A stretch of 64,000 nt of DNA from Acidobacteriota bacterium. GTDB lineage: Bacteria; Acidobacteriota; UBA6911; RPQK01; JAJDTT01. Of the stretch, positions 11,017-20,911 are shown in pieces. The position numbers and the translations under genes are program-made. Under the pieces are notes generated by a model, which was not told the origin of the DNA, did not search any database, and saw only the letters and a list, made by a program, of their open reading frames with translations. The DNA is taken from positions 3,744,001 to 3,808,000 of the forward strand of contig CBDCJH010000002.1 of NCBI GenBank assembly GCA_965217775.1, read 5' to 3'. How positions within the stretch are numbered: position 1 is the stretch's first letter; every line of letters begins with the position of its first letter.

Positions 11017-11043
11017 TGGGGAGCGGCGATTTCCAGTCGCCGA
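11017..11043. repeat. REP-like palindrome (family B)
   Basis: GGAGCGGCGATTTCCAGTCGCCG immediately after the stop codon; same core at about 38221. Confidence 0.5.
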
Positions 11044-11049
11044 ATTCCG

Positions 11050-11608
11050 GAGTTACAAAGAAGCTTTGTGCGCGCTTTTATGCGGAGCGGCTGGGTCGCC
11101 CGAGTCTACGGCCCGGACGGTACTTTCGGCTGCTGCTGGTAGGGTACTTCGAGGGGCTGAACTCGGAGCGGGCCATCGCCTGTCGGGTGTCGGATTCGGC
11201 GAGCGTGCGAGCCTTTCTGGAATACGACCCGGAGGAGGCGCCGCCGAGTCATTCGACCTTGTCGCGGACGCGACGGCGGATCGACGTGGAGACGCACGGA
11301 GAGGTGTTCACCTGGGTGCTGAAGCAGTCGGCGGAAGCGGGACTGGTGAAGGGGAAGACGATCGGGATCGATGCGGCGATGCGGAGCATCGTGCGCCGGG
11401 ACACGGGCAAAGACTATGAGACGTTCGTGAGGGGATTGGCGGAGGCGTCGGGGGTGAAGACGCCGACTCGGGAGGAACTGATTCGGAGCTATCCGTCGGA
11501 AACGGATCGGGGCCGGCGGAATTGGAAGGGGAACAACAAAAAGTACCAAGCGCCAGCGTTCGAAAAGAACATAAACCCGAGAAATCCGGATCTTGCCACG
11601 GACTGCTA
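11050..11608 (+). pseudogene. IS5/IS1182-like transposase remnant with one terminal inverted repeat
   Basis: GRPSLRPGRYFRLLLVGYFEGLNSER...PPSHSTLSRTRRR...GIDA-AMRSIVRRDTG; 5'-truncated with internal deletions; ends TTGCCACGGACTG-CTA. Confidence 0.8.
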
Positions 11609-11697
11609 AGCTAACACCTTGCTTGGGGGTCGATTCCCGACTTCGGGAGGCACGGCGCTGACAGGCCCAATGAGTATCTACCAGATCCCGGGAGCGC

Positions 11698-12003
11698 TCA
11701 TCCTGGGGTATGCAGGCCTCTGCCGGCATCCAGGGTCGGCAATCGGGCGATCGCCGGGCCGCTTTTCCGCGCCGCAAGCCGCAATTCGTAGAGCTTCTGA
11801 AGGTTGAGCCAGAACTCCCCCGAGGTGCCGAAGAAGCGCCCCAGACGCAATGCCGTATCGCCGGTGATCGAGCGTCGGCCGTTGAGTATCTCGGTAATGC
11901 GGTTAACCGGCACCTCGATGCGTCGCGCAAGCTCCGTAGCGCTCATGCCGAGCGCATCGAGATCCTCGCGCAACGTCTCGCCCGGATGGATGGGGTCGCG
12001 CAT
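11698..12003 (-). CDS. higA: HigA-family antitoxin (HTH)
   Basis: PIHPGETLREDL..MSATELAR..VPVNRITEILNGRRSITGDTALRLGRFFGTSGEFWLNLQ; GAGGAGG RBS. Confidence 0.92.
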   Translation of the reverse strand: MRDPIHPGETLREDLDALGMSATELARRIEVPVNRITEILNGRRSITGDTALRLGRFFGTSGEFWLNLQKLYELRLAARKSGPAIARLPTLDAGRGLHTPG

Positions 12004-12019
12004 GACTTGCCTCCTCAAA

Positions 12020-12300
12020 TTAATGGTAGTCCACGATTTCCACTTCGGTCGGGCCCGGACTTCCGTCCGGCCACTTGAAGCAGATCCGCCATTGGTCGTT
12101 GATGCGGATGCTCCACTGCCCCTTGCGCCGGCCCTTGAGTGCCTCCAGACGGTTGCCGGGCCTCGCCAGATCGCCCAGGCTCATGGCCGCGTCAAGCTGG
12201 TCGAGCTTGCGCGAGGCGGTCCGGGCGAATCCGGAAAATGACGCGATCCGGCGACCCTCGTATACGCTTCGGTTTTCCTGTCCGAGAAACCGACGATCAC
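12020..12300 (-). pseudogene. higB: HigB (RelE/ParE) toxin with a frameshift near the 5' end
   Basis: Body PGNRLEALKG.RKGQWSIRINDQWRICFKW..VEIVDYH; the family-like start GTG-IVGFSDRKTEA at 12300 is out of frame with the body by 1 nt. Confidence 0.75.
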
Positions 12301-12354
12301 AACGCATTCCGTTCCCGGAGCAACCGCATCAGCTCCACACTTGCGAAAACATCC

Positions 12355-12375
12355 GCATTACGTCAAGCATAACGC
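12355..12375 (-). promoter_or_regulatory. Putative higBA operator overlapping a -35 box (TTGACG)
   Basis: Imperfect palindrome GCATTACG-TCAAG-CATAACGC upstream of higB. Confidence 0.4.
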
Positions 12376-12662
12376 ATTTTGCTTCGCTGCCCGGTTTCAC
12401 GTCGTGGAGAGGGCGAGTCTGGCCGTGAGCGGGACGGCGGTCGGCACTCTGGAGGGGGCTGCCATCGCCCTTTCTTTTCACCCGACCGGAGGAGCATGGC
12501 ACGATGCAGGCGGCACTCGCACCGCGCGGCGACGCGCGCACCTTTCTCACCCATTTCGTCGGCAGCGGCCTGGACGACGACCGCTACGTCATTACCAAGT
12601 GCGGAGTTTTACAGTCACACCCGACGCAGGGCCGGGACTCCAACCAGCGCCAGACGGTCTCG

Positions 12663-12770
12663 CTCCACCTGCTGGGGATCGACCACAAACGCCTCACCTA
12701 CTACCACAACGGCATCGAACGCCGCCTGACCGACATCCACGGGCGCGCCGTCACCGAATTGCTGGCGTAG
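12663..12770 (+). repeat. Direct repeat of the last 108 bp of the DUF1501 gene (10909-11016)
   Basis: 5 mismatches in 108 bp: 4 synonymous, 1 V>I; includes the stop codon. Confidence 0.95.
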
Positions 12771-12867
12771 TAGAGGCGACCCTTGTGGTCGCCCTTTTCC
12801 TGCCGGCAACCATTTTCAGGAGATTGCGACGAAAGAGGGCACCCAAACACACAAGGGGTGCCCCTAC
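12770..12867. repeat. GTAG-family REP doublet (REPIN, family A)
   Basis: GTAGAGGCGACCCTTGTGGTCGCCC ... GGGCACCC..ACAAGGGGTGCCCCTAC; homologous to 46905 and 51057. Confidence 0.8.
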
Positions 12868-12922
12868 GGGTTCGATTCGATGCCCGAGATGGTGTGCTCC
12901 ACGGGCGTCAAGCAGTTGACGT

Positions 12923-13549
12923 TCAGGGAGTTGATCCGTGGCCATCACGTGGGTGTCCAACTTGCAACAATCCGCGCAGAAAGTCTCTGAGCGGAGCGAT
13001 GGACTGATCGTGGTCAGCGAACCTCAGATGGCCGACATACTCATCCCGGGTCTGTCGAATCATCTCAGGGAGAATTGGATCTCCTCCCGGGAAACCACCT
13101 ATTTTGACGCAAAGGACGTAGTAGCAGAGAGCCCGAGCAGTACGGCCATTCCCGTTGACGAAGGGATGTATGTGGTTCAACTTCCACAGGCATACGGCCG
13201 ACAGGGAGACTGGGTCAGCGGAAGACCACACGCCGTTGACTCCTCTGACGAATTCACCCATGAGACGAGGAACATGAACCGACGGGGGAGGAGTGTGAGG
13301 TCCCACACGTACTTCAGATGCGCGGTATGTACCGGCTGGATGGTCAAGACAAGCGATGGCGTGGAAATTCAGGGCTTTGACGATCGTCTCGGTGAGCTTC
13401 TCGTCGAGGTCCCGGCCGAGCATACGCTCAGCTGAAAGAGTGGCACGGATTATCGAGGTGAGAAAGTCGTATTGCCGGTTGAGATTGTCACGGGCGAGAT
13501 TCTTGTATACGTCGTGGTTTTCGCCGCCACACAGATCTCATAGGATCAT
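12923..13549 (-). pseudogene. Fic-domain protein with an in-frame TGA at codon 4 (open remainder 12923-13423)
   Basis: HPFVNGNGRTAR Fic motif; reading frame extends upstream as M-I-L-*-DLCGGENHDVYKNLARDNLNRQYDFLTSII. Confidence 0.75.
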
Positions 13550-13556
13550 CCACGGA

Positions 13557-13751
13557 TTATCCCATGTCTCTCAGATGCTGCTCGATCTCCTCCCGAGTGA
13601 AGTGCATCTCCTTTGGCTGGTTGCCGTAGACAAAGGAAACCCGTTGTTGAAAGCGTTCTTCCGGAGTTCTTGGCCTTCGGGCCGCTTCCTCTAGTTGACG
13701 GGTGAACTCCGGGTCAGTCTCTCTCAGTTCTGCGAGCAACGCTCTCTCCAT
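13557..13751 (-). CDS. Small 64-aa protein upstream of Fic, probable antitoxin/partner
   Basis: GGAGG RBS; MERALLAELRE...TPEERFQQRVSFVYGN...TREEIEQHL; stop lies 7 bp before the Fic ATG. Confidence 0.6.
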   Translation of the reverse strand: MERALLAELRETDPEFTRQLEEAARRPRTPEERFQQRVSFVYGNQPKEMHFTREEIEQHLRDMG

Positions 13752-13887
13752 GGCTGAACCTCCGCGGTTGCTTTGATCAAACTGTTGCGAAATTGTCAAG
13801 CGCGTGCGCACAAGAGTAGACGTAATACGATGACCTGGATTCGGGTTGGTCCGTACCCGCCCGTTCCCTTTATCAGTTTGCCTTGTA

Positions 13888-14047
13888 CCAGCCCGTGGCA
13901 AAAGTCGTCACGGCATTCGACCGTCCCTGCATCCCGGCGGACTGCGTTGCTATCGGCTCACATACTCCCGGTATGCTCCCTCATCGCGCCTTGTCCGGCG
14001 GGCGCAGGAACGGTCTCGGTGCTCGCGCGACTTTCACCACGGACTGG
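13888..14047 (+). mobile_element. MITE family 1, copy 1 (160 bp, TA flanks)
   Basis: TIRs CAGCCCGTGGCAAAAGTC / GACTTTCACCACGGACTG; four near-identical copies in the window. Confidence 0.9.
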
Positions 14048-14106
14048 TACGACCGGCACAAACCTTCTGTGCGCTTACGATTCAGCGACCCACTGAGGAA
14101 TTCGGG

Positions 14107-17100
14107 CTAAAAGTCGTAACGCAGTCCGAACTGGACCTGACGGGCATCGCCGGCGTTGCGGATGCGTCCGAACGACGCCGAGCCGAAGCTGGTGTTGGGA
14201 TTCCCGAAATTCACGTGGTTGAAGGCGTTGAAGAGCTCGACGCGGAACTGCACCCGCTGTTCTTCGGCCACGTAGAAATCCTTGTGCAGTGAAATGTCCC
14301 AAAGCTGCAGTCCGGGCCCCACGATCGTCCCCGTTCCGGCATTCCCGTAAGTGTACGGGGCGGTCCGTGCGAAGAACCGGTCGCCGGTATTGAAGAACTG
14401 ATTGATCATCTGGTCCCGGGACGAGTGACCGAGGTCGTTGGGATTGCGCAGCAGGTTGGGACGGCTGCCCCCTGCGTTGGAGACATTGAAGATATCCCTC
14501 GGCGTCAGGAACGCTCCGGATTGGAAGGTGCCGATCCCTCCCAGTTTCCAGCCGCCGAAAATCAAGTCCGCCGTCCGGCCGATGTCGCCGCCCAGCGGTT
14601 TCCCCCGCCCGAAGGGCAACTGGTAGACCCAGCTGAGGGAAGCGAGGTGGCGAGTGTCGTATCTGGTGGGGCCAGTGTCCGCCTTCCAGTTCCGGTTCCA
14701 GTCGCGAATCGGCTGGCCTTCCCAGAGCTGGGGTCCGGCGATGGAGGTGCCCAGGACCTTGCCCCAACTGTAGGCGCCCAGCAGCATGAGTCCATCCGGT
14801 CCCATCTCTTTGCGCAGCTTGACCTGAAGCGCATTGTAGTTGCTGGTACCCCAGTTGACCGGCCCGCTGATGCCGGAAAGATCGCAGATGTCGGCGTTGC
14901 GGCAGAGAGCCCGGCGTTGCGCCGTGGGTTCCGGTCCCGGATAGGGATTGTTGAGCCCGAAATTGAACACGTTCTTGCGGCCCGCGTTCCCGACGTAGGC
15001 GACTTCGACGCCCATGGTGGGAAGCAGCTCCCGGTCGAGGCTGAGCGAGTACTGCTGCAGGTAGGGGGTCCGGTTGTCGCGGATCAGCCCCCGGCCTCCC
15101 GTGGCGGGCACGACGGTCGTCCCGAAGGGACTGCCGAAACTGATGGCGGGAACGTCCCGGTCGCTGGCGATGCTGGTCGGCGGCACCCAGGGCCGGCCCA
15201 GCCCCATGGTGATGGGGATGTCCAGGACCTGCCAACTGTAGAAGACGCCGTATCCACCCCGGAGCACTGTCTTGTTGTCGCCGAACAGGCGCCAGGCAAG
15301 ACCGACCCGCGGGCCCCAATCGTTCATTTCAGACCCGCCGACTTTCTGCAGGCTGCGGTCGTAGTCGAAGGCGTCATTGGTGACGGCATTGCTGGGCGTG
15401 CCCGGCAGGGTCGGAATCGACTCCGCGAACACCCATTGGCCGGATGCGATGTCGATGCCGGTGATCCGGTTCTCGGCGTCATAGGGGCGCTGCCAGATCT
15501 CGTATCTCATCCCCAGATTCAAGGTGAGGTCCGGATGAACGTGCCAGTCATCCTGGAGGAAGAACATCCACCAGGTCTGCTTGGTGTTGAGCTGTAGCAG
15601 AGCGCCGTTTATGCCGGAACTGGTGACCGCCCCCAGCAAGTAGTCGGCCCAAGCGTTGAACTGATCTCCGGGGGCTCCGACACTGGCGACGCTGAACCGG
15701 GGCGAGAAACTGATGACGCCTCGGCTGTTGGCCTCGAACGCCATGTCCATGGCGTTGCGAATGACTTCGATCCCGACCTTCCAGGAATGGTTTCCCTGAA
15801 CCTTGTTCAAGGTGTTGGAGTACACGTAGTTGTTGTAGGGATTGTCCAACGGCGCGAAGGTGTCGTCGGCAATGGTTCTCCAGCCGCTGATGTTGATGGT
15901 CGGAATTCCCGCCTGTTGCCGTTCGGGGGCCACTCCCGTGATGCCCGCCCCCGCGAAGAATTCGGGTCCGGTGACGGCGCCCCGGCTGCCGCCCTGCACG
16001 TAGAGGTCCGGCAGCGTGGTCTCGTTGTCCCGAATCTGGTGGTACTGGCTGAAACCGAAGTTGAAGGAGTTGATGGTGGTGGGGCTGAACGTGTGCGTCC
16101 ACCCCAACTTGTGATTTTCGCCGTTCAGGTCCTGATTCTGCCGAAAACCGACGAGGGGTGTCGTGCTGCCCCGCGGCTGGGGCTCCAGGAACTTGCGGTC
16201 CTGGTAGGTGAAGCGGAAGGTGATGGCGTCACTGTCGGAGAAGTCGCGATCGTAACGAATGGAGTACTGGTCCTTGTCTCGAATCCGATCCGGACTGGCG
16301 ACGAAGTTCCCCGTGAATCCCGCCTGGGTCGGATCGGGGAAGAACTGGTTGATGAATTTTGCCTGCTGTGTGATCCGGTCGGTGGGAATGATGTTGTTGG
16401 GGAACGGTTGCCGCATGCCGGTCGCGGGATCCAGGGTGGCCGGGTCGTAGATGCAACCCTTGTTGTTGCTGTGGTCCATGCAGTTGGCGCCCGGAGCCAG
16501 CAGGCTCGAGAAGTCGCCGTTCCTTATTTCCGGCGTGGGCACGCTGATGGGAACGGTCAAACCTCGAGCCGCCCGCTGGCCTTCGTAGTTGAAAAAGAAG
16601 AAATCGTTCTCGGAGCCCGGAATATGGCCGCCGAACGAACCTCCGAACTGACTCCGGCGGAACTCGGGAATCCTCCTGGCGAAGAAGTTCCTCGCCTCGT
16701 GGTTGTCGTTGCGGTGAAACATGTAGATGGCGCCGTGGTAGTCGAGCGATCCGCGCTTGGTGACGATGTTGATCTGGGCTCCACCGCTGCGGCCGAATTC
16801 GGAGTCATAGACGTTGGTCTGGATCTTGAACTCCTGAATCAGGTCGATGCTGGGGGAGAAGTTCATGCGGGCGGCGCCGCTCTCCTGATTCATGACCCCG
16901 TCGACCATGGTGTTGTTGGCGTGGTCCGACATCCCGTTGGCCGAGATGCTTCCTCCGCTGTATTCCATGTATCCGACGGTGGTCCTCTGGACGCCCGGCG
17001 TCAGTTCCGCCAACTGCAGGAACTGGCGCCCGTTCAGAGGCAACTCCAGCACCTTCTCCCGCTCGATGACTTCGCCGACCGTCGCCTGGTCGGTGGCGAT

Positions 17101-17496
17101 GATGGGCGTGACCCCTTGGACGGTCACCTCATCCGCGACCTCGCCGACCTCCAGTTCAACGTCGATCCGCGCTCTCTGGTCCACCTGGAGGATGATTCCC
17201 TGAACGGTCTTGGGCTTGAATCCGGGCAACATGGCCCGAACCGAATACTCGCCGGGATCGAGATTCACGATCCGGTAGTTGCCATCCTCGCCGGTGACCA
17301 TGACCCGGGCCACGCCGGTCCCGACGGCGGTGACCTCCACTTCGGCGCCCGGCATGACTGCTCCGGTCTGGTCGCTGACGGTGCCGAGGATGACACCCTT
17401 GCTGACCTGGGCCAGCGACACGGTGTTCAGCGCGAGCCCGAAGGCGAACGCTACTGCCAACACCCAAAGTGATCTGATGGTTGGAAACTTACTCAT
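14107..17496 (-). CDS. TonB-dependent receptor, Oar-like, with carboxypeptidase-regulatory N-domain
   Basis: GTVSDQTGAVMPGAEV, LPLNGRQFLQLAELTPGV, IQEFKIQTN.YDSEFGRSGG, C-terminal RQVQFGLRYDF. Confidence 0.92.
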   Translation of the reverse strand: MSKFPTIRSLWVLAVAFAFGLALNTVSLAQVSKGVILGTVSDQTGAVMPGAEVEVTAVGTGVARVMVTGEDGNYRIVNLDPGEYSVRAMLPGFKPKTVQGIILQVDQRARIDVELEVGEVADEVTVQGVTPIIATDQATVGEVIEREKVLELPLNGRQFLQLAELTPGVQRTTVGYMEYSGGSISANGMSDHANNTMVDGVMNQESGAARMNFSPSIDLIQEFKIQTNVYDSEFGRSGGAQINIVTKRGSLDYHGAIYMFHRNDNHEARNFFARRIPEFRRSQFGGSFGGHIPGSENDFFFFNYEGQRAARGLTVPISVPTPEIRNGDFSSLLAPGANCMDHSNNKGCIYDPATLDPATGMRQPFPNNIIPTDRITQQAKFINQFFPDPTQAGFTGNFVASPDRIRDKDQYSIRYDRDFSDSDAITFRFTYQDRKFLEPQPRGSTTPLVGFRQNQDLNGENHKLGWTHTFSPTTINSFNFGFSQYHQIRDNETTLPDLYVQGGSRGAVTGPEFFAGAGITGVAPERQQAGIPTINISGWRTIADDTFAPLDNPYNNYVYSNTLNKVQGNHSWKVGIEVIRNAMDMAFEANSRGVISFSPRFSVASVGAPGDQFNAWADYLLGAVTSSGINGALLQLNTKQTWWMFFLQDDWHVHPDLTLNLGMRYEIWQRPYDAENRITGIDIASGQWVFAESIPTLPGTPSNAVTNDAFDYDRSLQKVGGSEMNDWGPRVGLAWRLFGDNKTVLRGGYGVFYSWQVLDIPITMGLGRPWVPPTSIASDRDVPAISFGSPFGTTVVPATGGRGLIRDNRTPYLQQYSLSLDRELLPTMGVEVAYVGNAGRKNVFNFGLNNPYPGPEPTAQRRALCRNADICDLSGISGPVNWGTSNYNALQVKLRKEMGPDGLMLLGAYSWGKVLGTSIAGPQLWEGQPIRDWNRNWKADTGPTRYDTRHLASLSWVYQLPFGRGKPLGGDIGRTADLIFGGWKLGGIGTFQSGAFLTPRDIFNVSNAGGSRPNLLRNPNDLGHSSRDQMINQFFNTGDRFFARTAPYTYGNAGTGTIVGPGLQLWDISLHKDFYVAEEQRVQFRVELFNAFNHVNFGNPNTSFGSASFGRIRNAGDARQVQFGLRYDF

Positions 17497-17578
17497 GAGG
17501 CTTCTCCGGCGGCGGGGTTTTACGCCCCTTTTCTTAGATTACGTCCGACGCACGATACGTGTAGGACTGGTTGGCAGT

Positions 17579-17607
17579 GTTATAAGCAATGCAAGTTCCA
17601 GCGTCAA
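17579..17607 (-). promoter_or_regulatory. Putative sigma70 promoter of the TonB receptor
   Basis: Minus strand TTGACG-17 bp-TATAAC. Confidence 0.55.
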
Positions 17608-17807
17608 GAAAGCCTTCGGTCAACTCCGGCAATTCACTGACATGTATAGAGTTAGGACCTCACTTCAGATTGCGGCGGCGGGGTGTAGGCGAGGTTCTGT
17701 CCAAAAAGATGGATTCGGCCGCAGGGTGATTCCAGGTTTTTGGACTGAATAGGCCGGCAAACGGTCGCGGACCCACCCACGGCGAGGCGCCTGATGGTGA
17801 CGGCCGT

Positions 17808-19442
17808 TCACTCCGCCTCGCGAGTGACGGTCAGGAATCGATTTACGGGGAGGTCTTCCAGGACCTGCTCTTTTCCGTCCGGCCACCGAACCAGCAGGTG
17901 GTCGAGACGTTGCGCCGTTCCCAAGCCGAAGTGCAGGCGCAGGTCGTTTTGCGAGAGGTAGCTCCCGCCGCTCCGAACTTCTCTCGTGAGCTTGCGCCCC
18001 GGGGTGGCCGCCGTAACCCGAGCGCCGATGGCCGGTACGTTGAGGCTCTTCCCCACGAGCTTCACCGTCAGCCAGTGTCCTCTTCGAGGCGTGTCGTTCC
18101 GGAGAATGGTCGGGGAATCGTCCACGTTGTTGACCACCACGTCGACGTCGCCGTCGTTGTCCAGATCGCCGAACGCGGCCCCGCGGCTGGATTTGGCCAA
18201 CGCCATGCCACGACCCGTGGAATCCGGTTCCAGAAACCTTCCCGACCCCGTGTTGAGGAACAACTGGTTGCGCTGCGCGTAGCGCTCGTCCCATTCGCGT
18301 TCTTCCACCTGGGGGTAAGTGTGCCCGTTGGCGACGAAGAGGTCCTGGTCGCCATCGGAGTCGACGTCGAAGAACTGCGTGCCCCAGGCCACGAAGGGGA
18401 AACTCGGCCGCCCCAAGCCGATCTGTGGGCTCACGTCGGAAAAGAGGTTCCCTGCCGTGCTCTTGTAAACGGCGTTGTATTCGCGTGAAAAGTTGGTCAC
18501 GACGATGTCCGGCTTCCCGTCCGCATCGACGTCGCCGATGTCCACTCCCATGCAGGCCTGAGTCTGGCCGTCCCACCCCACGGCGACGCCGCTCAGCAAC
18601 CCGGCCTCTTCAAATCCGCCACGGCCGTCGTTCCGGTAGAGGTAGTTTGGAGTCCTGTCGTTGGCGACGAAGAGGTCGAGATCGGCGTCGTTGTCGATAT
18701 CGGTCCAGATGACGCCCAGACCATAGTACATCGCCGCGTCGGCGACGCCGGCGGCTTGGGAAACGTCCGTAAAGGTGCCGTCGCCGTTGTTCCGGTAGAG
18801 AAAATCGGGCGCTCCTTCGAGTCCCCGGGGCCCGCAACCCACCCGCAGCCCGTAGTAGTTGCACACCCGGTCCTTCCGGTTGGGATCGGTATGTTCGACG
18901 GCGACGTAGTTGGCCACGAAGAGATCGAGATCCCCGTCGCCGTCGTAGTCGGCGAAGGCCGTCCCGGTGCTGAACAGGGGACACGAAACTCCGGCTCGTT
19001 CCGCGACCTCGGTGAAGGTGCCGTCCCCGTTATTGCGATAGAGCAGGTTGGGTCCCAGATTGGTGACGTAGAGGTCGAGGTTCCCGTCGCCGTCGTAGTC
19101 CCCCACGCAGGCTCCCATGCTCCACCCTCGGAAGCCGACTCCCGCCGACTCGGTGGCGTCGGTGAACGAACCGTCGCCGTTGTTGCGATAGAGCCGGTTG
19201 CCGAGCGTCGCGGACGGAACGGCGGCCGGACCGGTCAGCAGGTAGATGTCGAGCCAACCGTCACGGTCGTAGTCCAGGAGAGCGACCCCGCTCCCGATCT
19301 GCTCGCGGATGTTGGTTTTCCCGGGAGAACCGGAGCCATGCTTCCAGCGGATGCCGGTGGCGGCGGTCGCGTCGGTCAGACGAATCTCCGGCTCGGGTCC
19401 GAGTCCGATCAGGAGGAAAAAAACTCCGAGGAATCCCATCAC
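17808..19442 (-). CDS. CRTAC1-family (FG-GAP/ASPIC-UnbV) protein
   Basis: GSGVALLDYDRDGWLDIY, repeated DYDGDG, SSRGAAFGDLDNDGDVD, GGSYLSQNDLRLHFGLG. Confidence 0.9.
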   Translation of the reverse strand: MMGFLGVFFLLIGLGPEPEIRLTDATAATGIRWKHGSGSPGKTNIREQIGSGVALLDYDRDGWLDIYLLTGPAAVPSATLGNRLYRNNGDGSFTDATESAGVGFRGWSMGACVGDYDGDGNLDLYVTNLGPNLLYRNNGDGTFTEVAERAGVSCPLFSTGTAFADYDGDGDLDLFVANYVAVEHTDPNRKDRVCNYYGLRVGCGPRGLEGAPDFLYRNNGDGTFTDVSQAAGVADAAMYYGLGVIWTDIDNDADLDLFVANDRTPNYLYRNDGRGGFEEAGLLSGVAVGWDGQTQACMGVDIGDVDADGKPDIVVTNFSREYNAVYKSTAGNLFSDVSPQIGLGRPSFPFVAWGTQFFDVDSDGDQDLFVANGHTYPQVEEREWDERYAQRNQLFLNTGSGRFLEPDSTGRGMALAKSSRGAAFGDLDNDGDVDVVVNNVDDSPTILRNDTPRRGHWLTVKLVGKSLNVPAIGARVTAATPGRKLTREVRSGGSYLSQNDLRLHFGLGTAQRLDHLLVRWPDGKEQVLEDLPVNRFLTVTREAE

Positions 19443-19687
19443 CGCACCTTAGCTATCGGCTGTTTCGATTAGTTTCGTCTATTCCGAATCCCGAAACCAT
19501 TCGGATCTCCGACGGCACTCTTCCCTTTTCAAGCGGCTTCCTTCACAATTTAGAAAACTATAGCTAATTTCAGCAAACCAACGACCCGAATGATTCACAA
19601 CAAAAATATAAATAAATGTGAATATATCAATATATCCGTGTCGAATCAGGATATTGCAGAACTCATCTCATGCCGGAGGGAAATCGT

Positions 19688-20911
19688 ATGGACTCCAAGT
19701 TGCCGACACTCAATCGCAGGGACTGTCTGAAGACGCTGTCTCTGGCGGCGTTCGCCGGAACCGCGGCCGGTGCCCTCTCAAGTTGCCGGCGGGATGGACT
19801 CGGGGTCCCCGAGTGGGTCACCTATCCGGAGGCAGAATGGGTGAAGATCGATCCGGCCGACGCAGGTCTGGATGCGGGACGAATGGATCGCATCTTCGCC
19901 GCCGCCGATATTCACCCGGGAGGCTTCGGCGGCACGGCTCCCGGCGATGACGAGTGGGGCGCCGTCCTGACCCGCGGAGGCTACCTGGTCTACTCTTTCG
20001 GGGATCCCACCTACAAGACGCAGTCGGCTTCGTTGGGGAAATGTCTCGTCCGCGCCATACTGGGGTTGGCGGTGGATGACGGCCTGGTCGACCCGGACGA
20101 ACCCATCTGGAAGACCTGGACCGGGCGGGATGAGCTGTCGCATCCCCACAAGTACCTGGATCAAGGGCATCACAAAACCCTCACCTGGCGGAAACTGGTC
20201 AACCACCGGGGAGGATTCATCCTGGAGAGCGGGTACCACTGGCGGAACAAGCCTGGAGAGCGGGATCCGGAGGTCGCGGCGCATTGGATCCACGGCAACA
20301 TTCCGGACTGGGCGAAATGGACGGGCGACCCGATCCATGACAACTATTCCCATACGGAACCGGGCACCGTCACTCGATACAGCAGCGGAGGCTACGTGAG
20401 GCTGGGCCAGGCGTTGACCGCCCTCTGGGACCGGGACCTCAAGGAAGTCATCGACGAGCGGTTGTTCAGCCGCATGGGGATCCCCCCCGACCGATGGGAA
20501 TGGAAGCCCGGCAAGGTGCTGCAGGACACGAAGGGCTTCTATCCCGCCATTCCCCACTATGGCGAGTACGTCGATCCGCCTTACGAGATCAACGGGAACG
20601 TGGTTCGGGGCGGTCCCGGCTGGTTCCTGATCAGTTCGGAAGATCTGGCCCGCTTCGGCCTGTTGATCGCGACTCGGGGGATCTGGCGCGGCGAACGGCT
20701 CATCAGTCCCGAGTGGCTCCGGGGTCATGCCGGATTGGACATCCACGTGACGGGCGGCGATCCCGACACTTATGTCTCCCTGGGCAAGACGAACACGAAG
20801 AACTTCCCCTTCGGCAGGGAGGTCGGCGCCCGGGGGTATTTCTCCTTTCCCAAGGATCTCGTCACGGGCCCGGTCTCGCCGCCTCAGGCACCGTCCTATA
20901 GTGCATACTGA
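19688..20911 (+). CDS. Serine hydrolase (beta-lactamase-related), probable Tat lipoprotein
   Basis: NRRDCLK Tat motif, LSSC lipobox, SLGK (SxxK), PGT..RYSS, DLARFGLL. Confidence 0.75.
   Translation: MDSKLPTLNRRDCLKTLSLAAFAGTAAGALSSCRRDGLGVPEWVTYPEAEWVKIDPADAGLDAGRMDRIFAAADIHPGGFGGTAPGDDEWGAVLTRGGYLVYSFGDPTYKTQSASLGKCLVRAILGLAVDDGLVDPDEPIWKTWTGRDELSHPHKYLDQGHHKTLTWRKLVNHRGGFILESGYHWRNKPGERDPEVAAHWIHGNIPDWAKWTGDPIHDNYSHTEPGTVTRYSSGGYVRLGQALTALWDRDLKEVIDERLFSRMGIPPDRWEWKPGKVLQDTKGFYPAIPHYGEYVDPPYEINGNVVRGGPGWFLISSEDLARFGLLIATRGIWRGERLISPEWLRGHAGLDIHVTGGDPDTYVSLGKTNTKNFPFGREVGARGYFSFPKDLVTGPVSPPQAPSYSAY

Noticed and set aside
12495-12662. RBS plus short ORF fused to the duplicated DUF1501 end
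   Set aside because: No recognisable family; likely a relic at the insertion junction
13538-13540. Selenocysteine or recoded TGA in Fic
   Set aside because: Not a catalytic position, no evident SECIS, and TGA is a normal stop elsewhere in the window
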